From contig CM059432.1 of assembly GCA_030390025.1 (NCBI GenBank), positions 68,264,001 to 68,328,000 of the forward strand: a stretch of 64,000 bases of DNA, in the 5' to 3' direction. The DNA comes from Squalus acanthias (taxonomy: Eukaryota). Position numbers and translations under genes: made by a program. Shown piece after piece: positions 62,098 to 64,000 of this stretch (its first letter is position 1; every line of letters begins with the position of its first letter). The notes beneath the pieces were generated by a model. The model was not told where the DNA came from. It made no database searches and saw only the letters and a program-made list of their open reading frames with translations.

Positions 62098-64000
62098 GGA
62101 GGGAAAATTCAGTTGGTTGCGCTTCCCATTAGCGCCTGAAGAGGGCGCTAATGGGGCGCAAAACAACTAGCGCCCGGGCACAGCAATGTTTGCACCGCTC
62201 GCGAAATTAACTAGACATTTTGCGGCGGCGCTAAGCTTTACCGCCCCGATCTCCTGCACATGCAGATCTTGACATCATACAAGGGTGCAACGCCCCTGTG
62301 GCGCCCCGGAGCGGAAAATGAGTGGTGTCCCCATCCTTTCCGCCTGGCGCAACCAACGGCCGGAAGACTGGAACGCTCCCCAGTCGCTGTGGGGCTGGGG
62401 GGGTCGCTATTTAAAGGGAGCCTCTTCCTGTCTTTCCCTGTGGTAGACATTTTGCACCACTCGTTCTGAGAGAGAGAGAGAGAGAGAGATTCGGAGAGAG
62501 AGAAAGAGAGACTTCTGCATTGAGTGAACGCTGTGTGAGGTAGTTTTGGCTACTGATCATAACTTTGCAGGTACTTTGGTTTTTGACCTTCATAACTTTG
62601 ATTGCCAAGAGACTCGGGGGCTGCACTGATTGGGGGCGTCGTCCTGCGCCACCAAAATCGGAGGACACAGAGACGCAGAGAGAGAGTGGCAATCATGGCC
62701 AGATGGAGGAGGGCCAACAGGCCTCTGTACAGGAGACCTTACCCTCCCAGGGTATTTCGCCAACAATTCACATATATTAATATGTCTGAGGAGCAGTGTT
62801 TGTGAAGGCTGCGCTTCAGCAAGGAGGTAGTCACTGAGCTCTGCCACCTGCTGCAGCCAGATCTGCAGCCTCAACTGAGGTCCAGGACATCTCTGTCGGT
62901 GGCAGTGAAGATCACAGTGGCTCTGAACTTTTATGCCACTGGCTCATTTCAATCAGCTACTGGGGACATCGCCAATATCTCTGAGTTCGCGGTGCATTGC
63001 TGCATCCGTCAGGTCACAAATGCGCTCTTTAAAAGGAGACGAGAGTACATCTCTTTCCCCATGGCCCCAGACAAGCAGCAAGAACGCGCAATGGGCTTTG
63101 CTAGGATAGCGGGCTTCCCCATGGTGCAGGGCACCATTGACTGCACGCATGTGGCTTTGCGTGCTCCGCATGAGAATGCCGAGGATTTCCGCAACAGAAA
63201 GGGGTTCCATTCCTTAAACGTTCAGTTGGTCTGTGACCACAGACAGCTGGTACTCGCTGTCAATGCCCACTATCCTGGCAGCTGCCACGATGCATTCATC
63301 CTGCGCCAGACTACTGTGGCAGAACCTTTCCAGGCACCGCATCAGCCAGTTGGTTGGCTTCTCGGGGACAAGGGATATCCACTGAGCACCTGGCTGATTA
63401 CACCGCTCCGTACACCCAACACCCCTGCTGAGCTGCGGTACAATGAGAGCCATCAAGCTACCAGGAACATCGTTGAGCACACAATCGGTGTGCTGAAGCA
63501 ACGGTTCCGCTGTCTGGACCATTCTGGAGGAGCCCTGCAGTACTCGCCTGAGCGAGTTTCCCACTTCGTAGTTGTGTGCTGCATGCTGCATAACCTGGCA
63601 ATCCTCAGGACCCAGCCAATGCTACCAGGCCTTGGAGCACCACCAGAGGAGGAGGAGGAAGAGGAGGAGGAAGAGGAGGAGGATGATCATCAGCAGCACC
63701 AAGGCGGGAGGGAGGCCCACAATGTAGAAACTGGAAGGGCCGTCCGTCAACGGCTGATAGCAAGCCACTTCTCGGCCCCTGCTGAGGAAATGGCTTCTGT
63801 CATTGAGAACAACATGAATGAAACCAACCCGACCAAGGCAGCAATGATTCCAAAGACCAAACATGTACATTTTGAAAACAAAAACTTATTTATTTTACAA
63901 ACTCTGTGTGTATCATTTCCTCATGACAAACTAATAGAAAGAAACACAAAAACACAGTCATTAACACAACTGGTTCTCACAACCTGGAGATAATGTCCAA
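62098..64000 (+). mobile_element. PIF/Harbinger transposon, left part; runs off the window
   Basis: Left end GGAGGGAAAATTCAGTTG, collinear with MITE subfamily 2; followed by a transposase ORF. Confidence 0.9.
62602..63993 (+). pseudogene. Harbinger (HARBI1-like) DDE transposase with a single in-frame TGA at 62803-62805
   Basis: Both ORF pieces are in the same frame; GTIDCTHV, LLGDKGYP and RNIVEHTIGVLKQRFRCL motifs intact. Confidence 0.9.

Noticed and set aside
62899..63993. Domesticated host gene HARBI1
   Set aside because: It lies behind a transposon TIR, has an upstream in-frame stop, and has several decayed relatives in the window.

Overview
Eukaryotic, repeat-saturated vertebrate genomic DNA. 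The repeat families resemble those of cartilaginous fishes (inference). No complete host gene is recognisable. Most of the window is nested mobile DNA: RTE, CR1, L2 and L2/CR1-group LINEs; tRNA/Deu-type SINEs; two clear solo LTRs; several two-gene PIF/Harbinger transposons with many related MITEs; and a 37-bp minisatellite block that is itself duplicated. Highlights: (1) an ORF-intact Penelope-like retroelement (RT + GIY-YIG, 4831-7958) with a minimal hammerhead ribozyme motif in its 3' end, plus dispersed 100-620 bp hammerhead-bearing derivatives with clear TSDs; (2) a near-intact Harbinger transposase (62602-63993) whose left end matches MITEs in the window; (3) several apparent locally templated insertions and lesions at MITE subterminal hairpins; (4) a candidate RFX/NF-Y promoter near 44.1 kb followed by small candidate minus-strand exons of an unidentified gene. 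All calls were made by eye without database searches.
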